A stretch of 64,000 bases of DNA from Mobula hypostoma (Eukaryota), in NCBI RefSeq assembly GCF_963921235.1, contig NC_086101.1:6946001-7010000 (forward strand), in the 5' to 3' direction. Position numbers and translations under genes: made by a program. The notes under the pieces were generated by a model. The model did not search any database and was not told the DNA's origin. It was given only the letters and a program-made list of their open reading frames with translations. Shown one piece after another: positions 1-11,227 of this stretch; position 1 is the stretch's first letter; every line of letters starts with the position of its first letter.

Positions 1-7
1 GTCCTAC

Positions 8-30
8 CTCCTCTTCCGACGAGCTTCCTC
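8..30 (-). CDS. TRIM coding exon 4 (23-nt micro-exon); gene continues off the left edge
   Basis: tttatttcag|GAGGAAGCTCGTCGGAAGAGGAG|gtagga, reading EEARRKR(R). A 23-nt exon after the long coiled-coil exon is characteristic of class IV TRIM genes. Confidence 0.85.
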
Positions 31-707
31 CTGAAATAAATAATACACAGATCTCAATTGATTGAGACGGACCATCGGCATCCCGACAGCAGGAATCTGA
101 GCCAAGTTACTACAAGCTGCTGAAAATTCCCACTAAACTCATTCCCACTGACACGAATGGAAAAAGAGGGTCATTGAACCATGGGGGAAAGTACAAGGAA
201 TGTTTATGAGAATTATACCATAACTGAGAGAAGGAACTTACATGGTTGTGTATTTTTATCTGGATATGATGTCAGGGAGGATCAAAGGGAGGAATTTAAG
301 ATTCTGAATGGATTTGATAGAAAATATTTCTGCTTGGGCAGAGACAAAAAGTCAAAGATAAAACATCAGTTAGTCGTTAATAAATTCCACAAGAAACGTG
401 GTGAAGAGAACGTGGAACTCACTGCCACAGGAGTGGTTGGAGTGGAACAGCAGAGTTTAAATATAATAAGGAAGCTGCATAGACACATGACGGACCATGG
501 AGTTGGGGTCACTGTTACTGGGTGTGGTGAGTAGGTGGGAGGAGGCTTGTGAAGCAGGGAAACTGATAGGAGAGAATGGACTGAAAGACCTGTCTATGAT
601 GGACAATGGGATATAATCCGATGAAGAATATTTCTGAAAAACAAAAGACAGTGCAAAATTCTCCAAAACACCAAATCTGATACAAACCAGATATAGATGG
701 TAAATCT

Positions 708-1262
708 CACAACATGCTGGGGGAACTCAGCAGGTCGGGCAGCATCCGTGAAAACGATCAGTCAACATTTCAGGCCAGAACCCTTCGTCAGGACTGAAGA
801 GGGAAGGGGCAGAGGCCCTATAAAGAAGGTGGGGGAAGGGTGGGAAGGAGAAAGTTGGTGGTTGGCAGGTGAAAACCTAGTAAGGGGAAAGATAAAGGGG
901 TGGGGAGGGGAAGCAGGGAGGGGATAAGCAGGAAAGGTGAAGAAAGAATAGGGGAAAAGACAATGGGTAGTAGAAGGAGGCAGAACCACAAGGGAGGTGA
1001 TAGGCGGCTGGGGGAGGGAGCAGAGTGAAACTGGGATGGGGGGGCGGGAGGAGGAGGGAATTACCAGAAGTTGGAGAATTCAATGTTCATACCGGGGGTT
1101 CCGGGTGGTGGGGAGACTACCCCTTCCCTCTTCAGTCCTGACAAAGGGTTCTGGCCCGAAACGTCAACCGATCTTTTCCACGGATGCTGCCTGACCTGCT
1201 GAGTTCCTCCAGCGTGTTGTGAGTGTTGTTTTGGCCCCAGCATCTGCAGAGTATTTTGTGTT
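708..1262. mobile_element. Penelope-like (PLE) derived inverted-repeat insertion with 14-bp TSD
   Basis: TSD TAGATGGTAAATCT at 694-707 and 1263-1276. The two arms are inverted copies of the PLE 3' end, each with a decayed hammerhead motif; the right arm has an extra tail of about 40 nt. Confidence 0.85.
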
Positions 1263-1344
1263 TAGATGGTAAATCTGATGTGAGGGTCACATTCTGGAAT
1301 TCAACCTCAGTTCCCACTGATCAACAGTGGTTAACGGTGGTAAA

Positions 1345-4300
1345 TAACAGTGGTTATCTCTTCAGCGGTTTGAACGGGGCATGACTGCGCAAGCGCATGG
1401 AGGTCGGCCAGTGAGAACAGCCGTAAGAGTTTAAAAGGAAGACAGATTTACAGAGCGGGCGACAGAGTAGTGGGAGACAGAGTCAGAAGGCTTTGGCTCA
1501 AAGGGGCTTTGGTGATAAAGGGTCGTAGTTATCTGTTTAAAATAAGGACAGAAAATATGTGTGTGATGCGGTTTTCTATGCTCGGTGTCAGATGTGGGAG
1601 GTCCTGGAGACTTCAGGCGTCCCGGACGGCCACATCTGCATCAGGTGGGTTGAGCGGCAGCTCCTTAGGGACCGCGTCAGGGAACTGGAGCTGCAGCTCG
1701 ATGACCTCCGCCTGGTGAGGCAGAGTGAGGAGGTGATAGGGAGGAGCTATAGGCAGGTAGTCACCCCGGGACCACAGGAGACAGAGAAGTGGGTCACAAC
1801 ACGCTGGAGGAACTCAGCAGGTCGGGCAGCATCCGTGGAAAAGATCGGTCGACGTTTCGGGCCGGAACCCTTCATTAGGACTCCGGCCCAAAACGTCAGC
1901 CGATCTTTTCCACGGATGCTGCCCGACCTGCTGAGCTCCTCCAGCGTGTTGTTGAGTGTTGCTTTGACCCCAGCATTTGCTGATTATTTTGTGCTTACAG
2001 AGAAGTGGGTAACAGTCAGGAGATGGAAGGGCAAGAAGCAGGTACTAGAGAGTACTCCAGTGGCTGTCCCCCTCAACAATAAGTACTCCTGCTTGAGTAC
2101 TGTTGTGGGAGACAGCCTACCTGGGGGAAGCAACAGTGGTCATGTCACTGGCACAGAGTCTGGCCCTGTGGCTCAGAAGGGTAGGGAAAGGAAGAGGATG
2201 GCAGCAGTGATAGGGGACTCTGTAGTTGGGGGGTCAGACTGGCGATTCTGTGGATGCAGGAAAGAAATGCGGATGGTAGTTTGCCTCTCAGGTGCCAGGG
2301 TCCAGGATGCTTCTGATCGCGTCCATGATATCTTGAAGTGGGAAGGAGAACAGCCAGAGGCTGTGGTACAGATTGGTACCAACGACATAGGTAGGAACAG
2401 GGAGGAGGTCCTGAAAAAAGAATACAGGAAGTAAGGAAAGAAGTTGAGAAGCAGGACCTCAAAGGTAGTAATCTCGGGATTACTGCCTGTGCCACGTGAC
2501 AGTGAGTATAGGAATAGAATGAGGTGGAGGATAAATGTGTGGCTGAGGGATTGGAGCAGGGGGCAGGTTTTAAGATTTCTGGATCACTGGGACCTCTTCT
2601 GGGGCAGGTGTGACCTGTACAAAAAGGACACGTTGCACTTGAATCACGGGGGAACCAAAATCCTGGCGGAAGGTTTGCTAAGGCTACTGCGGAGAGTTTA
2701 AACTAGGATTGCTGGGGGGTTGGAACCGAACTGAAGTGACGGAGAAAAGGGAGGTTGGCTCAGAAACAGAGAAAGCTTGGAGACAGTGCGAAAGCGAGGA
2801 GAGGCAGGTGATAGAGAAGGGATGCACTCAGTCCGATGGTTTGAGATGTGTCTATTTTAATGCGAGGAGTAGCATGGATAAAGCGGATGAACTTAGAACG
2901 TGGATCAGCACTTGGAGCAATGATGTTGTGTCCTTTACAGAGACTTGGATTGTGCAAGGGCAGGAATGGCTACTTCAAGTGCCAGGCTTTAGATGTTTCA
3001 GAAAGGATAGGGAGGGAGGCAAAAGAGGTGGGAGCATGGCACTGTTGATCAGCGATATTGTCACGGCTGCAGAAAAGGAGGAAGTCATGGAGGGGTTGTC
3101 TACGGAGTCCCTGTTGGTAGAAGTTAGGAAAAGGAAGGGATCAATAACTCTACTGGGTGCTTTTATAGACCACCCATTAGTAACAGAGACATTGAGGAGC
3201 AGATAGGGAGACAGATTCTGGAAAGGAGTAATAATAACAGGGTTGCAATGGTGGGAGATATTAATTTCCCAAATATTCATTGGCATCTCCCTAGAGTGAG
3301 GGTTTAGATGGGGTAGAATTTGTTAGGTGTGTTCAGGAATGTTTCTTGACACAATATGTAGATAAGCCTACAAGAGGAGAGGCTGTACTTGATCTGGTAT
3401 TGGGAAATGAACCTGGTTTGGTGTCAGGTCTCTCGGTGGGAGAGCACTTTGGAGAGAGATATCACAATTCTATCTCCTTTACCAGAGCATTGGAGAGGGA
3501 TAGGAACAGAGAAGTTAGGGAAACGTTTAATTGGAGTAAATTGGAGTAAGGTGAAATATGAGGCTATCAAGCAGGAACTTGGGAGCATAAATCAGAAACA
3601 AATGTTCTCAGGGAAACATCTGGAAGAAATGTGGCAAATATTCAGGGGATATTTGCGTAGGGTTCTGTGTAGGTATGTTCTGATGAGACATGGAAAGAAT
3701 GGTGGGGTACAAGATCCATGGTGTACAAATGCTGTTGTAAATGTAGTCAAGGAGAAAAGAAGAGCTTATGAAAGGTTCAAAAAACTAGGTAATGATCGGA
3801 ATCTAGAAGATTATAAGGCTAGCAGGAAGGAGCTTAAGAATGAAATTAGGAGAGCCAGAAGAGGCCATGAGAAGGCATTGCCAGACAGGATTAAGGAAAA
3901 CCCCAAAATATTCTACAAGTATGTGAAGAGCAACAGAATAAGGTGTGAGAGAATAGGACCAATCAAGTGTGAGAGTGGAAAAGTGTGTATGGAACCGGAG
4001 GAGATAGCAGAGGTACTTAATGAATACTTTGCTTCAGTGTTCACTGTGGAAAAGGATCTTGGCGATTGTAGGGATGGCTTGCAGTGGACTAAAAAGCTTG
4101 AGAATGTAGATATTAAGGAAGAGGATGTGCTGAAGTTTTGGAAAGCAACAAGTTGGATAAGTCACCAGGACTGGATGGGATGTATCCCAGGCTGTTGCGG
4201 GAAGTGCGGGAGGAGATTGCTGAGCCTCTGGCAATGATCTTTGTATCATAAATAAGGACGGGAGAGGTTCCGGAGGATTGGAGGGTTGCGGATGCTGTTC

Positions 4301-5757
4301 CTTTATTCAAGAATGGGAGTAGGGATAGCCCAGGAAATTATAGGCCAGTGAGTCTCACTTCAGTGGTTGGTAAGTTGATGGAGAAGATCCTAAGAGGCAG
4401 GATTTATGAACATCTGGAGATGCCTGACATGATTAGGAATAGCCAGCATGGCTTTGTCAAAGGCAGGTCGTGCCTTACGAGCCTGATTGAATAGTTTGAG
4501 GATGTGACTAAACATATTTATGAAGGAAGAGCCGTAGATGTAGTGTTTCTGGATTTTAGCAAAGCATTTGATAAAGTACCCCATGCAAGGCTTATTGAGA
4601 AAGTAAGGAGGAATGGGATCCAAGGGGACATTGCTTTGTGGATCCAGAACTGGCTTGCCCACAGAAGGCAAAGAGTGGTTGTAGATGGGTCATATTCTGC
4701 ATGGAGGCTGGTGACAAGTGGTGTGCCTCAGGCATCTGTTCTGGGACCCCTACTCTTTGTGATTTTTATAAATGACCTGGTTGAGGAACTGGAGGGATGG
4801 GTTAGTAAATTTGCTGATGACACAAAGGTTGGGGGTGTTGTGGATAGTGTGGAGGGGTGTTGTGGATAGTGTGTTGGGCTGTCAGAGATTACAACGGGAC
4901 ATTGATAGGATGCAAAACTGGGCTGAGAAGTGGTAGATGGAGTTCAACCCAGATAAGTGTGAGGTGGTTCATTTTGGTAGGTCAAATATGATGGCAGAAT
5001 ATAGCATTAATGGTAAGACTCTTGGCAGTGGGGAGGATCAGAGGGATCTTGGGGTCCAAATCCATAGGACACTCAAAGCTGCTACACAGGTTGACTCTGT
5101 GGTTAAGAAGGCATACGGAGCATTGGCCTTCATGAAAATTAAGTTTAAGAGCCAAGAGGTAATGTTGCAGCTATATCAGACCTGGTCAGACCCCACTTGG
5201 TCACCTGACTACAGGAAAGACATGGAAAGCATAGAGAGGGTGCAGAGGAGATTTACAAGGATGTTGCCTGGATTGGGGAGCATGCCTTATGAGTATAGGT
5301 TGAGTGAACTCGGCCTTTTCTCCCTGGAGTGACAGAGGATGAGAGGTGACCTGATAGAGGTGTACAAGATAATGAGAGGCAATGATCGTGTGGACAGTCA
5401 GAGTCTTTTCCACAGGGCTGAAATGGTTAGCATGAGAGGGCATAGTTTTAAGGTAATTGGAAGTAGGTACAGAGGAGATGTCAGGGGTAAGTTTAAGGTG
5501 CTTGGAAGTAGGTACAGAGGAGATGTCACAGGTAAGTTTTTTTATGCAGAGTGGTGAGTGCATGGAATGGGCTGCCGGCAGCGGTGGTGGAGGCGGAAAC
5601 GATAGGGTCTTTTAAGAGACTGCTGGATGGCTACATGGAGCTCAGAAAAATAGAGGGCTATGGGTAAAGCCTAGGTAGTTCTAAGGTAGGGACATGTTCA
5701 GCACAGTTTTGGGGGCTGAAGGGCCTGTATTGTGGTGTATGTTTTTCTATGTTTCTA
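1345..5757 (+). mobile_element. Near full-length, decayed CR1 LINE in TRIM intron 3 (antisense to the gene)
   Basis: ORF1 with Cys/His motif, leucine zipper and SGNH-esterase words (VIGDS, GTNDIG, DTLHLN); APE endonuclease (YFNARS, TETW, LDLVLGN); RT ([22 protein letters not shown]); TTTCTATG-type tail. Many stops and frameshifts; 5' boundary approximate. Confidence 0.9.
1795..1996. mobile_element. Miniature PLE-derived hairpin inserted in CR1 ORF1, 14-bp TSD
   Basis: TSD ACAGAGAAGTGGGT at 1781-1794 and 1997-2010 (TEKWV appears twice in ORF 1559..2434); inverted arms of the same family as 708-1262. Confidence 0.88.
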
Positions 5758-6089
5758 ACAGAGAGACCCTCACACCAGACACACTCACAGTCTGTGACTG
5801 TCATAGGATGTTACTCTGTGTCTCGGGATATTATACGTGGGGAATCACAGAACCGATCACTGGCTCAGGGCTGCGATCAGAGTGAACTCTCCCGAGAAGG
5901 TTGCAGCCCGTCCTGTGATGTACAGATGTTGTGGGAGGCCGGTTTGGGAACAACAACAATTCAGAACAGTCAACACATCTGTCTGGTTTAAATCAGTTTA
6001 CTACTACAGTATTTGTAAATCCCACACTGAGTTAAAATACATCATATTGTGAATGTGCACTTTTACAGAAACAAACTGAAATCTCTCAC

Positions 6090-6323
6090 CATGAGGAATA
6101 TGATATTGTCTTGTTGATCCATCTGTTCCTGTAACTTTGAGATTTCCTCCTGGATGGAATTTAAATTCTCTTGAATTACTTGAAGATTTTTCTCCATTAG
6201 ATTTAGAATCCTCTCCTCTTCTTCCCTGAGATCTCGGAGTGTGCTCTGCTCTTTCTCGGTGATAATCCGGCGCAGTTCAGCAAACTGGGATGTGATGTGG
6301 GACTGAAAGCTTTGTGACTGTTC
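6090..6323 (-). CDS. TRIM coding exon 3 (coiled coil), 234 nt
   Basis: Acceptor ttgacag|GAA and donor ATG|gtgaga; open frame EQSQSFQSHITSQFAELRRIITEKEQSTLRDLREEEERILNLMEKNLQVIQENLNSIQEEISKLQEQMDQQDNIIFLM. Not in the ORF track; matches the roughly 231-nt TRIM coiled-coil exon. Confidence 0.9.
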
Positions 6324-6413
6324 CTGTCAAATGAAAGGAGAGGCTAGTTTATTGTTTGGCCCTGATGTATTTCCTTATGATATGGAAGGTCTATCCAGCC
6401 CATTATCTTCCAA

Positions 6414-6829
6414 GAGGACCACATCCTTGCCGTTGGGTTTGGAGGCTTGTCTGCCTCACTGACCCAAAGAACTATATTGGCTGGAATATGGGCTTTATGC
6501 TTTGACTCTTGGTGGGGTCACCCATGCCAAACAGGTCAAAGGGCAGAGGCCAGAGTAAGAGTGGTCTACTGGTCCTCCAGGTTCATGGGTTCAGCTCAGG
6601 GCTAACAATACTGACTGGTAAAACAAAATTGTTACGGAAACAGTGAAAAGTCTTTCTACATCTGAGTGTCATGTTATTCCTGAGTCTCCACTCAGGACCT
6701 GCATGACTGACAGTAGTGAAAACCGAGAAGTAGCTGCTGACATGTTCAATGAAGACATGAACACTGCCAGAGATGGCGGACTGTCATTGCTGTCCTATAC
6801 GCCAGGGGCATTACAGGCAGTAAATAAGT
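6414..6829 (+). mobile_element. Short non-autonomous RTE-derived element in TRIM intron 2
   Basis: The 5' part resembles RTE (Rex3/Expander-type) 5' UTRs (GGGTCACCCATGCCAAACAGGTC...GGTCCTCCAGG...GGGCTAACAA...GTAAAA); the 3' part resembles an RTE ORF end with a TAAG-type tail; no internal ORF. Confidence 0.55.
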
Positions 6830-6989
6830 GGCTCTCAGATCTTCGATCACATTTCCCTGAAACCCAGTCTTCCTCACTGACCCATTAACTCCCACCTAAT
6901 TCACACACAACCCCCCTTCAACGGGGTTAATTACTGTAGAAAATTAATCACTCATCCATGATTTCTTGGCAGTGTTGGCCCCTTGTGAT

Positions 6990-7070
6990 CACCCAGAGAA
7001 CGTGCAAACTCCACGCAAACAGCACCAGAGGTTAGGATCGAACCCCGGGCACTGGAGCTGCGATACTCTG
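6990..7070 (-). mobile_element. tRNA-derived SINE fragment (V-SINE-like); related fragment at about 43090-43230
   Basis: GAGAACGTGCAAACTCCAC core word and B-box-like GGTTCGATCC on the minus strand. Confidence 0.5.
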
Positions 7071-7135
7071 CTATTCTGCATTAAAGGGAAAAAAACTACA
7101 CAATGATATTGAAAATTCTGCTTAGGAAGCCTCAC

Positions 7136-7231
7136 CCGAACTCCAGCAATCTTCTCTTTCTGTTCCTGCTTCATTTCCTGTAAGTCTGATTTCTTTTTTG
7201 TGAGAGAGTCCAAGGAAGAATTAACCCAATC
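7136..7231 (-). CDS. TRIM coding exon 2 (coiled coil), 96 nt
   Basis: Acceptor ttcccag|GAT and donor CGG|gtgagg; reads DWVNSSLDSLTKKKSDLQEMKQEQKEKIAGVR. A 96-nt second coding exon is typical of RBCC-B30.2 TRIM genes. Preceding intron is only 78 nt. Confidence 0.9.
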
Positions 7232-7309
7232 CTGGGAATTAAAGAGTGAATGGATTAAACAAAAAAAAAAGACAACATAAACAGACTATCGAAAGCGAGT
7301 TATTTTTAC

Positions 7310-7720
7310 CTTGTAAATTTTAACGGCTTTTTTAATCGGCATGAAGTTGTGGGACTTGTGTTCCAGTGCATCTCTACAGATCAGACAGATCAGTTTCTTG
7401 TCCGTCTCACAGAACAGCTTCAGTTCTTCCTCATGTTCCTCGCAGTGAAGTTTACTTTCCTTCTCTTTCGGATTCAGATTTAGTTTTCGAGCTTTTCCAG
7501 ACAGATTTGCTAAAACCCGATTGACCCTGAGTGTGCGGTCTGCAATCTCCTCTCTACATTCCGGGCAGGAGTTTCGCACCTCCCTTTCCAAACACCGTGT
7601 GATACAGGAGCGGCAGAAGTAGTGACCACACTCCAGTGACACCGGCTCGGTGAAGAAATCCAGGCAGATGGGACAAATTACCTCCTCGGTTAAACTCTCG
7701 ACCTGTTCTTTCGAAGCCAT
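7310..7720 (-). CDS. TRIM-family E3 ligase, coding exon 1 (RING and B-box), 411 nt
   Basis: Translation [39 protein letters not shown]...SCPEC is an intact C3HC4 [36 protein letters not shown] is a B-box 2. Donor AAG|gtaaaa at 7310/7309, phase 0. Confidence 0.95.
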
Positions 7721-7975
7721 GTTAACTCTCGGGACTTCCGGGTTCCGGATCCTTTAACTTTCCGGAGCTGCTGAATCCCTGCAGCACCGTGATTGTCCAC
7801 TAGATGCGCTGCAGTCCCGGGAATGAACATAACGTTGCTACAAGTGTTCTCGGGGAAGGAATCGCGGCAATTTCCACGTCAGGGTGGGAACAGAAACACA
7901 TTAAAGAGTTCTGAATATAAATGAACCCGGAGCCCGGAAGCAGAAATGAAAGGGACAATTCCTGACAAGCGAGAT
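7721..7975 (-). promoter_or_regulatory. Putative TRIM promoter/5' UTR (CpG-containing; ETS-, CRE-, ISRE- and NF-kB-like words)
   Basis: Unique sequence directly upstream of the ATG with CGGAAGT and CCGGAAG (ETS), TGACGTGG, GAAATGAAA and GGGACTTCCG/GGGACAATTCC. These are short motifs identified by eye. Confidence 0.35.
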
Positions 7976-7989
7976 AGACATTTGGCCTA

Positions 7990-10655
7990 TGTCCCTGCCT
8001 GCTCCAGCCCCACTGAACTCGTGTCCTCATACATTGACTCCATTCTAACCCCTTCAATTCAATCCCTTCCAACCTACATCCGCGACACTTCTCATACCCT
8101 CAATCTCCAAAGCAATTTTCAATTCCCTGGCACTGACCACCTCATCTTCACCATGGATGTCGAGTTATAACTTCTATCCCCCATCAAGAAGGCCTTAGAG
8201 CTCCACGTTTCTTTCTCAATAAAAGAACAAACCAGTTCCCCTCCATCTGGAAGGATTGGTCCTCATACTCAACAATTTTCCTTCTGCTCCTCCCACATTC
8301 TCCAGACTTGAGGGCTATCAACGGGTATCTGCATGAGCCCCAGCAATGCCTGTCTCTTTGTTGGCTACATAGAACAGTCCATGTTCTAGGCCTTCCCCTG
8401 TAACGTTCCCCAAATCTTCCTCAGAAACGTTAATGATTGCATTGGTGCTGCTTCATGCACCCATGCTGAGTTTGTCAATTTCATCAACTTTGCCACTAAC
8501 TTCCACCCTGCACTTGAATTCACTCGGTCCATTTCAAACACCTCCCTCTCCTTTGCCTATCTCTCTGCCTCCATCTCTAGAAACAAACTGTCACTGACAT
8601 ACTCTATAAACCTACTGATTCCCACAAGTATCTTGACTATACCTCTTCCCACCCTGTCTCCTGTAACTTTTCAAAATTCCTTCATTCCCAAGATATCTGT
8701 TCCCAGAATGCAGTTTCCCCTTCCAGAACATCAGGTACATCCTCCTCTGCAAACGACAGGGTTTCCTTTCCTCCGCTGTTGATGGTGCCCTTACCTGCAT
8801 CTCCTCCACTTCACGAACATCAGTGCTCACCCCATCTTCCCTCTGCCTCAACACTGATAGAGTTCCTCCTGTCCTAACCTACCGGTGCATAGGTGTCTGT
8901 ATCCAACACATCATCCTCCAAAACCTCCAGCACAGCAGAAGCAGAATCAGGTTTATTATCACCAGTGTGTGTTGTGAAATTTGTTAACTTAGCAGCAGTT
9001 CAATGCAATACATAATATATAATAAATAAGTAAATCAATTACAGTATATGTATATTGAATAGATTAAGAATTGTGCAAAAACAGAAATAATATATATTTA
9101 TGAAAAACTTGAGGTAGTGTTCATAGGTTCAATATACCCATTTAAGAATTGGATGGCAGAGGGGAAGAAGCCGTTCCTGAATCGCTGAGTGTGTGCCTTC
9201 AGGCTTCTGTCCCTCCTGCCTGATGGTAAGAGTGAGGAAAGGGCATGCCCTGGGTGCTGGGGGTCCTTAATAAAGGACACTGCCTTTCAGATGTCTTGGA
9301 TACTTTGTAGTTGGCTCCCAAGATGGAGCCAACTAAATTTAGGAACCTCTGCAGCTTCTTTCAGTCCTGTGCAGTAGCCCTTCCAAACCTGACAGTGATG
9401 CAGCCTGTCAGAGTGCTCTCTATGTTACATCTATAGACGTTTTTGAGTGTATTTGTTGACATACCAAATCTCTTCAAGCTCCAAATGAAGTATAATCGCT
9501 GTCTTGCCTTCTTTATATAACTACATTGATATGTTGGGACCAGGTTAAATCCTCAGAGATCTTAACACCCAGGAACTTGAAACCGCTCACTCTCTCCACT
9601 TCTGATGGCTATATGAGGATTGGTTCGTGTTCCTTCGTCTTATCCTTCCTGAAGTCCACAATCAGCTCTTTCGTCTTCCTGACATTGAGTGCAAGGTTGT
9701 TACTGTGACACTACTCGACTAGTTGGTATATCTCACTCCTGTACGCCCTCTCATCTCCATCTGAGTTTCTGCCAACAATAGTTGTATCATCAGCAAATTT
9801 ATAGATGGTATTTGAGCTATGCCCAGCCACACAGTCATGGTAACCTACTATTAAACATATCTTTACCTCCTCCCTTCTCTACTTTCTGCAGGGATCACTC
9901 CCTCCATGACTCCCTTGTCCATTCACCCTCTCCAGTAATCTCACTCCTGACACTTACCCCTGTGATCAGCCAAAGTATCTATTCACCTCCTCTTTCCCCT
10001 CCATTCAAGGACCCATAAAGTCCTTCCAGGTGAGGCAACACTTCATCTGCTGGGGTCATTTATTTGATCAGCTGCTCTCAATGCAGCCTCCTCTACATTG
10101 GTGAGACCTGTTGTAAATTGGGGTTCTGCTTCATCAAGCACCTCTACTCCATTTGCCAAAGATGGAACTTCCTGGTGGCCAAACATTTTAATTCCAATTC
10201 TCATTCTCAATCGGACCCGTCAGTCCATGACCTTCTCTTGTGCCACGATGAAGCCACCCCCAGCGCGAAGGAAAAACACCGTATAGTATGTCTGGATAGC
10301 TTTCAAACAGATGGCATGAATATTGATTTCTCCTTCCAGAAAAAAAATCCCTCCCTCTCCCCTCTTCTTCTATCCCCCACTCTGGCCTCTTACCTTCAGC
10401 TACCTGACTATCATCTCCCCCTGCGTCCCCTCCTTCCCTTTCTCCTATGGGCCATTCTGCTCTCGTACCAGATTCCTTCTTCTCCAACCCTTTATCTTTC
10501 CAACCTACCTGGCTTCACCTATCACTTTCCAGCTATCCTCCTTTCCATTCCCCCCACCCCCGACCTTTCTATTCTGGGAATTTCCCACCTCCTTTCCAGT
10601 TCTGAAGAAGGACCTCGGCACGAAATGTCATTTCCACAGATGCTGTCTGACCTGT
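7990..10655 (+). mobile_element. Decayed Penelope-like element (RT and GIY-YIG), split by a Rex1-type insertion
   Basis: ACSSPTELVSSYIDSILTP...LPTYIRDT...IFTMDV (PLE RT) and ISCSQCSLLYIGET...VAKHFNS (GIY-YIG), then a pyrimidine-rich 3' region with a decayed hammerhead at about 10600. Confidence 0.85.
8935..9840 (-). mobile_element. Rex1/Babar-type LINE 3' fragment
   Basis: IKDPQHPGHALSSLLPSGRRDRSLKAHTQRFRNGFFPSAI C-terminus, KF(A)DD region and short-repeat tail. Confidence 0.75.
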
Positions 10656-11227
10656 TCCTCGAGCATAGAACATAGAAACACAACATAGAAAATCCACAGC
10701 ACATTACAGGCCCTTCAGCCCACAATGTCATGCCAACCTGTATCCAGCTCCAGAAGCTGCCTAGAATTTCCCAACCACACAGCCTCCTATATTTCTAAGC
10801 TCCATGTACATATCTAAGAGTCTCTCAAAAGACTTTATTGTATCCAGCTCTACCACCTTCACTTCACATTCAATGCACCCACCACTCTTTGTGTGAAAAA
10901 TTTACCTCTGACATCCCCTTGTACCTCCTTCCAAGCAACTTAAATCTATGGCCCCTTCTGTTAGCCATTTCAGGCCTGGGAAAAAGCCTCTGGCATCCAC
11001 ACGAGCAATGCCTCTCATCATCTTATACACCTCTATCAGGTCACCTCTCATCCTCCTTCACTTTAAGGCCAAGTTTACTCAACTTGTCTCATAAGGTACG
11101 CCCTCCAATCCAGGCATCTTTACATCTTTGTAAATCTCCCTATAGTATCCACAATATTCCTGTAATGAGGTGACCAGGACTGAACACAGTACTCCAGATG
11201 GGGTGCAACAAAGGTGTTATATAGCTG

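Noticed and set aside
708..1996. Class II MITE or DNA transposon interpretation of the inverted-repeat insertions
   Set aside because: The arms are the 3' end of GIY-YIG PLEs seen elsewhere in the window, are asymmetric, and vary in internal junction; no transposase is present.
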